64,000 nucleotides of DNA from Alphaproteobacteria bacterium (GTDB lineage: Bacteria; Pseudomonadota; Alphaproteobacteria; SP197), in the NCBI GenBank assembly GCA_965220805.1, contig OZ244844.1:3415757-3479756 (forward strand). The letters run 5' to 3'. The position numbers were made by a program, and so were the translations under genes. Below the pieces are notes generated by a model. The model saw nothing but the letters and a program-made list of their open reading frames with translations, did not search any database and was not told where the DNA came from. Below are positions 40,935-50,990 of the stretch, one piece after another. Numbering within the stretch: the stretch's first letter is position 1; each line of letters begins with the position of its first letter.

Positions 40935-41140
40935 AGCCCCTGCCTCCCCAGCCCGAGAATGAGCTGGATCGCCTCGGCGAAGACGAGATCAATCAGGAAA
41001 AAGAAGATGGCCACGAGCACGATCATCGCGAACACGGTGAGCGTGGTGATCCCCGCTTCCCTGGTTGTCGGCCAGGTCACCTTCCTGATGGCCTCGGCCC
41101 GGACCTGTCTGACAAATTCGGCCGGTGACACTTTCACCAT
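40931..41140 (-). CDS. secE: preprotein translocase SecE (start MVKVSPAEFVRQVRAE)
   Basis: Single TM, VTWPTTRE motif. Confidence 0.8.
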   Translation of the reverse strand: MVKVSPAEFVRQVRAEAIRKVTWPTTREAGITTLTVFAMIVLVAIFFFLIDLVFAEAIQLILGLGRQGL

Positions 41141-41186
41141 GAGATGATCCGCTGTTTCCCCGCTCTTCAATCAACGAGCCCGCCGG

Positions 41187-41262
41187 TGGCAGGAGTGGCA
41201 GGACTCGAACCCGCAACCCCCGGTTTTGGAGACCGGTGCTCTACCAGTTGAGCTACACTCCT
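41187..41262 (-). tRNA. tRNA-Trp (CCA anticodon), 3' CCA encoded
   Basis: Manual fold: acceptor AGGAGTG/CACTCCT, anticodon loop CUCCAAA, T-loop TTCGAGT. Confidence 0.9.
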
Positions 41263-41277
41263 TGAAATGCCTGTTTT

Positions 41278-42468
<1,191 letters not shown>

Positions 42469-42550
42469 CCTTCTCGACCTCTCCTGGTCAATGACCCTCC
42501 CTCACGAGGGAGGTGTTCCTGGTTATCACAAACATGGTCCCTGGTCGGGG

Positions 42551-42621
42551 AGCGGGTGGCGGGAATCGAACCCGCGTAACCAGCTTGGAAGGCTGGGGCT
42601 CTGCCACTGAGCTACACCCGC
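42551..42621 (-). tRNA. tRNA-Gly (TCC anticodon), 3' CCA not encoded
   Basis: Manual fold: acceptor GCGGGTG/CACCCGC, anticodon loop CTTCCAA, discriminator U. Confidence 0.85.
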
Positions 42622-42659
42622 CTCGTCGAGGTCCGCAACCGCCCCTCCCGGACCATGGA

Positions 42660-42744
42660 TGGTGGAGGGAGGTGGATTCGAACCACCGTAGGCATAGCCA
42701 ACGGGTTTACAGCCCGTCCCTTTTAACCGCTCAGGCATCCCTCC
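42660..42744 (-). tRNA. tRNA-Tyr (GTA anticodon), long variable arm, CCA encoded
   Basis: Manual fold: acceptor GGAGGGA/TCCCTCC, anticodon loop CTGTAAA, T-loop TTCGAAT. Confidence 0.85.
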
Positions 42745-42884
42745 GGGCAACATGTACTGCTGATGGTTGGTTTCGCGACACGATCAATCCGACAGCAGCC
42801 GCGCAACAAGGGCAGTGCCTCCTGCACTGTTGACGACCACGCCGGATTTCCAATTGGTGGAGCGCTCATATATAGCACAACGCC

Positions 42885-43628
42885 ATGGTCCGCAAGCACC
42901 TGGCACAACAAAAGTTCGCGAGGCCGCTGTGGATTCACGGGCACCACCCGGTGGCGGCGGCACTCGCCAATCCGCGACGGCGCGTGGTGCGCCTCGCAGC
43001 GACGCGCGAGATGCTCGAGCGGCTGGCGCCGCTGCTTTCGCAACGCCGCGACACGATTGCCTGTGATGCGATGGCGTCATCGTCGATTGCCGCTCTCCTC
43101 GAGGGGGACACCCGCCACCAGGGGGCGGCCCTCCTCGTCCATCCGCTTCCGGACCTCGCCCTCGGCGACATTCCCGGATCGGCCGATATCGTCGTGGTCC
43201 TCGACCGCATCAGCGATCCCCGCAACGCCGGCGCCATCATGCGATCGGCCGCCGCCTTTGGCGCGGCGGCGGTCATCATGCAGGAACGCCATGCGCCACC
43301 CCCTTCAGCGGCCCTTGCCAGCGCCGCCTCCGGGGCCCTCGAATGGGTGCCCCTGGTGCGCGTCCCCAACATCGCCCGCGCCCTCGACGGCCTCAAGCAA
43401 CGCGGTTTCTGGATTACCGGCCTCGATGCCCAGGCACCCCTCACCATGGGCCAGGCGCCGGTGCCGCTTCCCGCCGCACTGGTCCTCGGCGCCGAGGGGA
43501 GCGGTCTGCGCCGTCTCGTTGCCCGGACCTGCGATCAGCTGGTGAGCATCGCCACCCCGGGCCGCGACCTCAGTCTCAACGTGGCCAGTGCCGCCGCCAT
43601 TGCCCTCCACGAGATCCGCACCCATTGA
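42885..43628 (+). CDS. rlmB: TrmH/SpoU-family RNA 2'-O-methyltransferase (RlmB-like)
   Basis: SPOUT motifs VLDRISDPRNAGAIMRSAAAFGA and LVLGAEGSGLRRL. Confidence 0.75.
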   Translation: MVRKHLAQQKFARPLWIHGHHPVAAALANPRRRVVRLAATREMLERLAPLLSQRRDTIACDAMASSSIAALLEGDTRHQGAALLVHPLPDLALGDIPGSADIVVVLDRISDPRNAGAIMRSAAAFGAAAVIMQERHAPPPSAALASAASGALEWVPLVRVPNIARALDGLKQRGFWITGLDAQAPLTMGQAPVPLPAALVLGAEGSGLRRLVARTCDQLVSIATPGRDLSLNVASAAAIALHEIRTH

Positions 43629-43723
43629 CGAGGGAGCAGCACGGGCGGGCGACCGCTTACTTTGCGAATCAATCCGGCGCAATCACATCGGCCGACCCGA
43701 AGCAGATGTGAAGCCGCAAGGAT

Positions 43724-43759
43724 GGGGCCGGACTCCCCGAGGGGAGATCCGGCCCGTTT
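43724..43759 (+). terminator. GC-rich hairpin (GGGCCGGACTCCCC...GGGGAGATCCGGCCC) followed by GTTT, between convergent rlmB and the substrate-binding-protein gene
   Basis: Read from sequence; weak T tract. Confidence 0.3.
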
Positions 43760-43787
43760 GACAATATGGAACCGCCTGGCCTGTGCG

Positions 43788-45398
43788 TCAGGCTACACCT
43801 TCCCTGAACGACCACTTCCGGAACATGCGGAAGCTGTCAAAAGGCGTTGCGCCAAGAACCTCACCGCCGGTATCGATCCGGTCGCGGACGCCATGCACCA
43901 GGTTCTGGAACAGGGGCACGATGGTCGAGCCGCGCTCGTGCAGGATCAGCTGCACGTCGGCATAGAGAAGCTTGCGCTTCTCGGTATCGAGCTCGGTCCT
44001 CGCGGCCACCACCAGATCGGTGAACTCGCGGTCACACCAGTACGTGTCGGCCCATGCCGCATCGCAGATGTAGGCGAGCGTGAGCATCAGGTCCGGGGTC
44101 GGCCGTGCGTTCCAGTAGCAGTAGGAGAAAGGTACCGTGCCCCAGACATCGGCCCAGTATCCGTCGACCGGTTCGCGCACGACTTCGAGGTTGAACCCGG
44201 CCTGCTTGGCGTTCTCCGCATAGAGGACGCCGGCATCGACCGAGCCGCTGAACGCCGCGGCAGAGGCATGGATCTGGATCGTCTCACCACCGTAGCCGGC
44301 CTTCTCCAGATGGTGCCTCGCCCTGTCAGGATCGAACTCGCGCTGCGGAATGGCGGGATTGAAGAACTGGTCGAACGGTGCGACCGGATGATCGTTCGCG
44401 ACCGAGGCATGACCGTTGAAGATCACGTCGCGCATCTGCTCGCGATCAACCAGGTACTTCATGGCCAGCCGGAAATCGAGGTTGTCGAATGGCGCCGTGT
44501 CGGCGCGCATCGGCATCGTGATGGTCGAGCCGCCGGCAACGCTCAGAATGTCCACACCCTGGTTCTGAGCCAGCAGGTCCGCGGTCTTCGGCTCGACCGG
44601 CCACACCGCCTGGACGGAGTCGCTGGCCAGTGCCGACGAGAGGGAGGCGTGATCCTTCACCGAGAGATGCTCGAAGGAATCAAAGAAGCCCTGGTCTTCC
44701 AGGAAGTAGTTCGCGAACCGCTCCCCTGTGCCGCGCACACCCGGCTCATAGCCCTGCATGACGTAGGCGCCTGTGCCCATGCCCGACATGTCGACCTCGC
44801 CGTCGACCGACGGCGCCACCTGGAACAGGTACTGCGCCATGTAGTAGGGGAAGTCGGCCGCGGGCTCGCTCAATTCGAAGATCACGTCGTCGCCGTCCGA
44901 GCGGATGTCCGACACGATCGCCATCATTGACGCGCCGCCTGACTGTGAATCGGGGCCACGGTGAACGTTCATCGAGTCGATCACGTCCTGGGCTTCAAGG
45001 GACTTGCCGTTGTGGAACTCGACGCCCTGGCGCAACTTGAAGGTCCAGGTCGCGCCTGCGTCCGAAGCATTCCACTCTGTGGCCAGCATGGGATCGAGTC
45101 CGCCATCGGTCCGCGCATCGACCAGCTTGCTGCGGAAGGTCTCCGTGAGCAAGGTCTGGTGCGAGTTGCCGGCATGGCCAATGATGAAGGAGTCGGCCGA
45201 CTGCCCGTCACCCGCCGCCGTGACGACGTGCCCGCCCCGGACCTGTTCGGCGCGCGCCGATTCACTCCACAAGGTCGTGGCAGCCGCAACCGTCAGGCCC
45301 GATGCAACCGCCCGTTCCATGAAGTCGCGGCGTGTCACGCCCTTCCGACCGGCAAAGGCCCTCAACGTCCGTTCAACATCGTTGGTCTGTTCGTTCAT
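43788..45398 (-). CDS. ABC transporter substrate-binding protein family 5 (peptide/nickel) with Tat signal (RRDFMERAVASGL); start taken at MNEQTNDVE
   Basis: Homology to DppA/OppA-like SBPs; twin-arginine motif. Confidence 0.75.
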   Translation of the reverse strand: MNEQTNDVERTLRAFAGRKGVTRRDFMERAVASGLTVAAATTLWSESARAEQVRGGHVVTAAGDGQSADSFIIGHAGNSHQTLLTETFRSKLVDARTDGGLDPMLATEWNASDAGATWTFKLRQGVEFHNGKSLEAQDVIDSMNVHRGPDSQSGGASMMAIVSDIRSDGDDVIFELSEPAADFPYYMAQYLFQVAPSVDGEVDMSGMGTGAYVMQGYEPGVRGTGERFANYFLEDQGFFDSFEHLSVKDHASLSSALASDSVQAVWPVEPKTADLLAQNQGVDILSVAGGSTITMPMRADTAPFDNLDFRLAMKYLVDREQMRDVIFNGHASVANDHPVAPFDQFFNPAIPQREFDPDRARHHLEKAGYGGETIQIHASAAAFSGSVDAGVLYAENAKQAGFNLEVVREPVDGYWADVWGTVPFSYCYWNARPTPDLMLTLAYICDAAWADTYWCDREFTDLVVAARTELDTEKRKLLYADVQLILHERGSTIVPLFQNLVHGVRDRIDTGGEVLGATPFDSFRMFRKWSFREGVA

Positions 45399-45681
45399 GT
45401 CCTCCCCCCCTGTTCCCGAGGTTGTCTTGCTGTCGAGGTTCCCGGACAAGCGCACCCGGGACACTCGAATGAATGACAATCCTAGCATGAAACGTCGTCG
45501 TGCCTATTGACACGATCAGACCGCGGCCGAAATCGGCGCGGCGATATCACGGGAGAGCGGCAACGCGCGCCATGTGATCTGCGCGCTCAAGAGAGGGCAT
45601 GGCCGGCCCGCCCGACTGCGGGTCTTGGACTCATACATGTCTGCTGGCGTCGGCAGACTGTCACCGTTTCATCCTGGCCGG

Positions 45682-46416
45682 TCAGGCAGCGCGCTCCAAC
45701 GCGGCCTCGAACCAGCGGATCCACGCCTCGCCAGGGACAACGAAACTGTACCCGGCGACCAGGCGGGGACGCCGTTCGCGGGCGATGGCGAGCAGGCGAC
45801 GGCCCCGGTTCGCGATCTCCGCGGGGTCACTGTAGGGATTGAGCTGCATGGTGTCGTCCGGCGGGAAGGCGTAGTCGCACGCGAAGAGCACGTCCTGCCA
45901 CAGGTAAGCCGTGAATCCCGGGGTGTGGCCACCGATATGGAAGGCCTCGATGCCGTGGCTTGTGAAATCGCCACGGAAGGCATCGTCCACGGGAAAGGCA
46001 GCGGCGAGCGGGCTCTCCGTCTCGGCCTCGTGGATGTGAACAGCCGCGTTCCACTGTGCGCGGTACTGGTTCGAAGCGCCCATGAAGTCCTTGTGGGTGA
46101 AGAAAATGTCGCTGACGGGCGCAAGTGTGCGGTTGAACGCGCTGGGGGAGTCGATCCATACCGACCCTTCGTCCGTCTCGATGCGGTAGCAGGCGTGCTC
46201 CAGACCGAGGCGCGGACGGGAAAGAAGCTGGCTGACGCCGTCGGTGACGTCCCTCGCCTCCACGCGATATCGCTCCTCGCCGACGTCCCAGGAGACGAAG
46301 CGGTCATGGCGGGCGCCGCAGAAGGGGCAGACGTCTGGCATTTCGCCGATCATGTTGTATCCGCAGGGCACACAGACCCACTGCCTCAGCGGAAATCCCT
46401 CCACGAGTTCCATCAT
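45682..46416 (-). CDS. rubredoxin-like zinc-ribbon (CVPCG...CPFCG) fused to a metallo-beta-lactamase-fold domain; start ATGATG with GGAGGG Shine-Dalgarno (ORF track extends to 46761)
   Basis: CxxC-N14-CxxC ribbon; MBL-like HIGGHTPG motif; R-rich N-terminal extension looks like a GC artefact. Confidence 0.55.
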   Translation of the reverse strand: MMELVEGFPLRQWVCVPCGYNMIGEMPDVCPFCGARHDRFVSWDVGEERYRVEARDVTDGVSQLLSRPRLGLEHACYRIETDEGSVWIDSPSAFNRTLAPVSDIFFTHKDFMGASNQYRAQWNAAVHIHEAETESPLAAAFPVDDAFRGDFTSHGIEAFHIGGHTPGFTAYLWQDVLFACDYAFPPDDTMQLNPYSDPAEIANRGRRLLAIARERRPRLVAGYSFVVPGEAWIRWFEAALERAA

Positions 46417-46795
46417 GCCACCCTCCGAGTTCGAGCCATCATAGCGACCGAAGTCCCCTTCCGCAGCATGTCCAAGCGAGGACGACGACCTCCTCGACCC
46501 AAAGGGCGATGTATCGCGCATCACAATCCAGCACCGTGGGCCAGGCAATTGTCGAAAATCGCGATGTCTTCGACGTCGGTGAGCCTCACCAGGTCTGCGT
46601 TGCGATCGGTTGCAGGTGCCGGAGCGGCGGCGTCTGCCCGCGTCGAAGTTCTCGCGCTGGCGAATATGGACAGGATGAAGATGGTTCCGCCGAAGCGGCT
46701 GACAGCGTCTTCGTTCGGGAGTGCGGGGCAACCCCGGATCCCGCGGGCGGGAGTGTTTCACAAGGGGCGTGGTCCCGTGCTACGAAGCGGCGGGA

Positions 46796-46871
46796 GCCGG
46801 GTTAGCTCAGTTGGTAGAGCAACCGCCTTGTAAGCGGTAGGTCGCGAGTTCGAGTCCCGCACCCGGCACCA
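46796..46871 (+). tRNA. tRNA-Thr (TGT anticodon), CCA encoded
   Basis: Manual fold: acceptor GCCGGGT/ACCCGGC, D-arm GCTCAGTTGGTAGAGC, anticodon loop CTTGTAA. Confidence 0.9.
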
Positions 46872-46885
46872 CATTCCCTGAGTTG

Positions 46886-48241
46886 TCACGCAGCCTTCTG
46901 GCGCATGGTGACGAACTCTTCGGCGCTGGTCGGGTGGATGCCGACCGTGGCGTCGAAATCGGCCTTGGTGGCGCCCGCCTTGAGGGCAACCGCAAGTCCC
47001 TGCAGGATCTCGGCGGCATCCTCTCCCACCATGTGGACCCCGACAACGCGGTCCGTGGCCGAGGCCACGACGAGCTTCATCAGCGTCTTTTCTTCGTTCA
47101 GGGAAATCGTGTGGCGCAGAGGCCTGAAACGCGCCATGTAGACGTCGATGCCGTCAGCGTACTGCCGGCGCGCTTCTGATTCCGTAAGGCCAACCGTGGC
47201 CAGTTCCGGCTGACTGAAGACGGCCGACGGAATGTTCGTGTAGTCGACGCCCTTCGGACCGTCGCCAAAGAGCGTGGCGGCCACAGCCATGCCTTCGGTG
47301 GTCGCCACCGGCGTCAACTCCATGCGGCCGAGGACATCGCCGATGGCGAAGACCGACGGCACGTTCGTGCGGAGGTGGTCGTCAACCGGAATGGTGCCGT
47401 CGTCGTTGACGGCCACCCCGGCTTCCTCGAGCCCGAGACCGGAGGTCAGCGGCCGCCGACCGGTGGCATACATCACCAGGCCGGTATCCAGGGAGGCGCC
47501 ATCAGTCAGACTGACGGAAAAGCCGCCATCCGTCCGGGCGATGGCCGCCACGTCGCTGGAGAACCTGAGATCGATTCCCTTCGTCCGCATTTCTCCGGCG
47601 AGATGGTGCCGGATGTCGTCATCGAAGCCGCGCAGGAAGAGTTCTCCCCGGTAGAGCTGCGTGACCTCGACACCAAGGCCATGAAAGATCCCGGCAAACT
47701 CCGCAGCGATGTACCCGCCACCGACGATGACGATGCTCCGGGGCAGCTCGTCGAGGAAGAAGCACTCGTTCGACGTGATGGCGTAGTCCCTGCCGGGAAT
47801 GTCCGGAACGTAAGGCCAGCCTCCGGTGGCGACGAGAATGTTCGCGGTGCGGAAGCGCTGATCGTCGATGTCCACTTCATGTGGACCAGCGAGGCGGGCG
47901 TGGCCCTCGAGGACGCTGCAGCCGGCGTCCTTGAGCATGTTCACGTAGATCCCGTTCAACCTGGTGATCTCGGCCGTCTTGTTGTCACGCAACGTCGGCC
48001 AGTCGAAGCGGGGATCCATGGATGACCAGCCGAAACGCCGGGCATCCTGGAACGCCTCGCTGTAATGGGCGGCATAACCGAAAAGCTTCTTGGGAATGCA
48101 CCCTACATTGACACAGGTTCCACCCCAGTCACGCTCTTCGACAATCGCCACGCGGGCGCCTGCTGCAGCCGAAAACCGCGCCGCACGCACCCCGCCCGAG
48201 CCGCCACCGATGACGACAAGATCGTAGTCGAAGGAACCCAT
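46886..48241 (-). CDS. gor: glutathione-disulfide reductase
   Basis: GGTCVNVGCIPKK redox-active disulfide; FAD and NADPH Rossmann motifs. Confidence 0.9.
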   Translation of the reverse strand: MGSFDYDLVVIGGGSGGVRAARFSAAAGARVAIVEERDWGGTCVNVGCIPKKLFGYAAHYSEAFQDARRFGWSSMDPRFDWPTLRDNKTAEITRLNGIYVNMLKDAGCSVLEGHARLAGPHEVDIDDQRFRTANILVATGGWPYVPDIPGRDYAITSNECFFLDELPRSIVIVGGGYIAAEFAGIFHGLGVEVTQLYRGELFLRGFDDDIRHHLAGEMRTKGIDLRFSSDVAAIARTDGGFSVSLTDGASLDTGLVMYATGRRPLTSGLGLEEAGVAVNDDGTIPVDDHLRTNVPSVFAIGDVLGRMELTPVATTEGMAVAATLFGDGPKGVDYTNIPSAVFSQPELATVGLTESEARRQYADGIDVYMARFRPLRHTISLNEEKTLMKLVVASATDRVVGVHMVGEDAAEILQGLAVALKAGATKADFDATVGIHPTSAEEFVTMRQKAA

Positions 48242-48258
48242 CCCTTCAGGAATCCGTG

Positions 48259-49716
48259 TCAGCTGTCGACGCCGGCAACACAGACGTATTTGGATTCGAC
48301 GTACTCGTCGATTCCCATGTGGCTGCCTTCGCGCCCGACTCCTGATTCCTTGACCCCTCCGAACGGCGCCACCTCGGTGGAGATGATACCGGTGTTGACG
48401 CCGACGATGCCGTACTCCAGGCCTTCGCTGACACGCCAGATACGACCGATGTCACGGGCATAGAAATAGCTGGCAAGGCCGAATTCCGTGTCATTGGCGA
48501 GGGAAACCGCCTCGTCCTCGCGCTCGAACCTGAAGAGTGGCGCCAGGGGACCGAAGGTCTCGTCGCGGGCCACGAGCATTTGCGGATTGACGTCCGCCAT
48601 GACCGTCGGCTCGAAGAAGGTGCCGCCGAGCGCGTGACGCTGACCGCCAACGAGGACACGTGCGCCCTTTGCCGATGCATCGGCGATGTGCTCCTCCACC
48701 TTGTCGACCGCGGCCTGATTGATCAGCGGCCCCTGCACGACGCCCTCATCGAGGCCATTGCCCACCTTCATCTCGCTGACCCGTGCCGCAAGTCTCTCGG
48801 CGAAGGCATCGTGAACTGCCGACTGGACATAGATCCGGTTGGCACACACGCAGGTCTGTCCCATGTTGCGGAACTTCGACTGAATAGCGCCCTCAACCGC
48901 AGCATCGAGATCGGCATCATCGAACACCAGGAAGGGCGCATTGCCGCCCAGTTCCATGGTGACCTTCTTGACCGTGGACGCCGCCTGCTCCATCAGCATC
49001 TTGCCGATCTCCGTGGAACCGGTGAAGGTGATCTTGCGGACCACGGGATTGCCCGTGAGTTCGCTGCCGATCTCCGCCGACTTGCCGGTCAGGATGTTGA
49101 GAACTCCCTTCGGCAAACCGGCGCGTTCGCCCAGTTCTGCCAGAGCGAAGGCCGAATAGGGGGTCTCGGTCGCCGGCTTGCAGACAATGGTGCAGCCAGC
49201 AGCAAGTGCCGGTCCTGCCTTGCGCGTGATCATGGCCGAAGGAAAGTTCCAGGGCGTGATCGCGCCCACCACGCCCACAGGTTCGCGCAAGACCAGGATG
49301 CGGCGATCGGCGAGGTGCTGGGGAATGGTCTCGCCGTAGATTCTCTTGCCCTCTTCGGCAAACCACTCGATGAAGCTTGCGGCATAGGCGATCTCGCCAC
49401 GCGCCTCGGCCAGAGGCTTGCCCTGCTCGAGGGTCATGAGCTGCGCCAGGTCCTCCTGGTTCTCGAGCATCAGCTCGAACCAGCGGCGCAGCACCGATGC
49501 CCGCTCCTTCGCTGTCTTCGCCTTCCAGGCCGGCAATGCAACTGCAGCCGCCTCGATGGCCCTGCGGGTCTCGGCCGTGCCCATGCGGGGAATGGTCCCG
49601 AGTACCCCGGAGGTGGCCGGATTCCTGACATCGATGGTGTCGCCCGAATCGGCATCGCACCAGGCGCCGTCGATGTAGCACTGTTGGCGAAACAGGGTTG
49701 CATCACTGAGATCCAT
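48259..49716 (-). CDS. gabD: NAD(P)-dependent succinate-semialdehyde dehydrogenase (start MDLSDATLF)
   Basis: Aldehyde dehydrogenase motifs ELGGNAP and catalytic GQTCVCANR. Confidence 0.85.
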   Translation of the reverse strand: MDLSDATLFRQQCYIDGAWCDADSGDTIDVRNPATSGVLGTIPRMGTAETRRAIEAAAVALPAWKAKTAKERASVLRRWFELMLENQEDLAQLMTLEQGKPLAEARGEIAYAASFIEWFAEEGKRIYGETIPQHLADRRILVLREPVGVVGAITPWNFPSAMITRKAGPALAAGCTIVCKPATETPYSAFALAELGERAGLPKGVLNILTGKSAEIGSELTGNPVVRKITFTGSTEIGKMLMEQAASTVKKVTMELGGNAPFLVFDDADLDAAVEGAIQSKFRNMGQTCVCANRIYVQSAVHDAFAERLAARVSEMKVGNGLDEGVVQGPLINQAAVDKVEEHIADASAKGARVLVGGQRHALGGTFFEPTVMADVNPQMLVARDETFGPLAPLFRFEREDEAVSLANDTEFGLASYFYARDIGRIWRVSEGLEYGIVGVNTGIISTEVAPFGGVKESGVGREGSHMGIDEYVESKYVCVAGVDS

Positions 49717-49792
49717 GGGAAATCCTCGCAAGGTTCAAAAGAAGAGACGGACCGCTCACCGGCGAGGGCGAATGTAGACTCCGGCGGCGTCG

Positions 49793-50980
49793 ATGGGAAT
49801 GACGGAATTCGACTTTAACCAGGTGATCGACAGGCACGGTACGAGCGCTGCCAAGTGGGCGCACGCGACGACCAATGGTGGCCCTCCCCTGCTGGCGATG
49901 TCCATCGCCGACATGGAGATTCCGGCGCCGGACCCAGTGTTGAAGGCGATGGCGAAACGCGTCGAACATGGAATTTTCGGCTACACCATGGCCGGTGACG
50001 CATACTTCGAAGCCGTTGCCGCCTGGCAGATGGAGCGCCATCACCACGCCATCAGCCCGGAGTGGGTGGTAACCCACCACGGGGTCCTTCCTTCGCTTTT
50101 CCAGATGATTCGCGCCTTTCTGCCGCCGAATTCCGGGGTCGTGGTGATGACCCCCGCTTTCCCGCCCCTTCTCGATGCCATCACCCTCAACGGCCACCGT
50201 GTCATCACCAGTCGACTGGTGCGCCACGGGGACTCCTATGCCATCGACTTCGAGGCATTCGAGGACGCCTGCCGGGATCAGGCCACACGGCTCTTTATCC
50301 TGTGCAATCCCCACAATCCTACCGGCCGTAACTTCACGGCGGACGAGCTTCACCACCTTGCGTCGATCGCCGCGCGATACAGGGTGATGGTCTTCGCCGA
50401 CGAGATTCACGGCGACCTCGTGTTGCCTCCCGGTCGTCTGGTACCATTCCTGTCCGTCTGCGACGGTCTCGACATCGAGGCGATGGCGGCAAATGGCCTT
50501 TCCAAGACGATGAACCTCGCCGGCCTGGGCCTCAGCAACATCGTCATTCCATCACAGGGGCTTCGCGAACTGTTCGAGGACGCCGTGCGCAGGAACGGGG
50601 AATGGGGTGTCAATCCGGTCTCCCGGGCAGCCGCTCTCGCCGGCTACGCCCACTGTGGCGCCTGGCTCGACGCACTTCTCGATCACATTGCAGGCAACAT
50701 GGCGCTCGTCGACGACTGGTGCGCCCGGGAACTCGCTGGCGTGGTCGCGGTGAAAACCGAGGCCACCTACCTGAAGTGGCTTGACACGACGCGAACCGGC
50801 CTTGACGAAGAGGATCTCATGGACCGTCTGATCAACGGTGAGAGACTGCTCGTGCAGGCGGGAAGCGACTTTGGAGTGATGGCGCGGGGATTCCTGCGCC
50901 TTAACCTGGCCTGTCCCCGCACCATGGTGACGTCCGCATTGAGCCGTATCGCAAGGGCCATCGGGCCGGTGGCAGGCTGA
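49793..50980 (+). CDS. MalY/PatB-family PLP-dependent C-S lyase (cystathionine beta-lyase-like aminotransferase class I/II)
   Basis: Homology including the SKTMNLAGL PLP-lysine region. Confidence 0.8.
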   Translation: MGMTEFDFNQVIDRHGTSAAKWAHATTNGGPPLLAMSIADMEIPAPDPVLKAMAKRVEHGIFGYTMAGDAYFEAVAAWQMERHHHAISPEWVVTHHGVLPSLFQMIRAFLPPNSGVVVMTPAFPPLLDAITLNGHRVITSRLVRHGDSYAIDFEAFEDACRDQATRLFILCNPHNPTGRNFTADELHHLASIAARYRVMVFADEIHGDLVLPPGRLVPFLSVCDGLDIEAMAANGLSKTMNLAGLGLSNIVIPSQGLRELFEDAVRRNGEWGVNPVSRAAALAGYAHCGAWLDALLDHIAGNMALVDDWCARELAGVVAVKTEATYLKWLDTTRTGLDEEDLMDRLINGERLLVQAGSDFGVMARGFLRLNLACPRTMVTSALSRIARAIGPVAG

Positions 50981-50990
50981 AGTAACGTGG

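Noticed and set aside
42830-42875. TTGACG -35-like hexamer and TATATA stretch upstream of rlmB
   Set aside because: Spacing between the hexamers (about 33 bp) is incompatible with a sigma70 promoter.
42866-42882. CATATATAG, the 9-mer core of the IS inverted repeat, recurring next to CACAACG just upstream of the rlmB start
   Set aside because: Only a 9-nt match plus a short flank resemblance, with no inverted partner or tnpB nearby; about 4% chance expectation given composition. Too short to call an IS relic, but worth a glance if more IS copies are found.
45488-46761. N-terminal extensions of ORF-track genes (second substrate-binding protein to 45488, MBL protein to 46761, glmS to 52922, glmU to 54264, gcvPA to 62210, gcvH to 62515, rplR, rpsK, rpsN and others)
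   Set aside because: The extensions are arginine-rich, lack homology, often overlap the upstream gene, and internal starts with Shine-Dalgarno sequences match homolog N-termini; the track evidently accepts GTG/TTG starts, which inflates ORF lengths.
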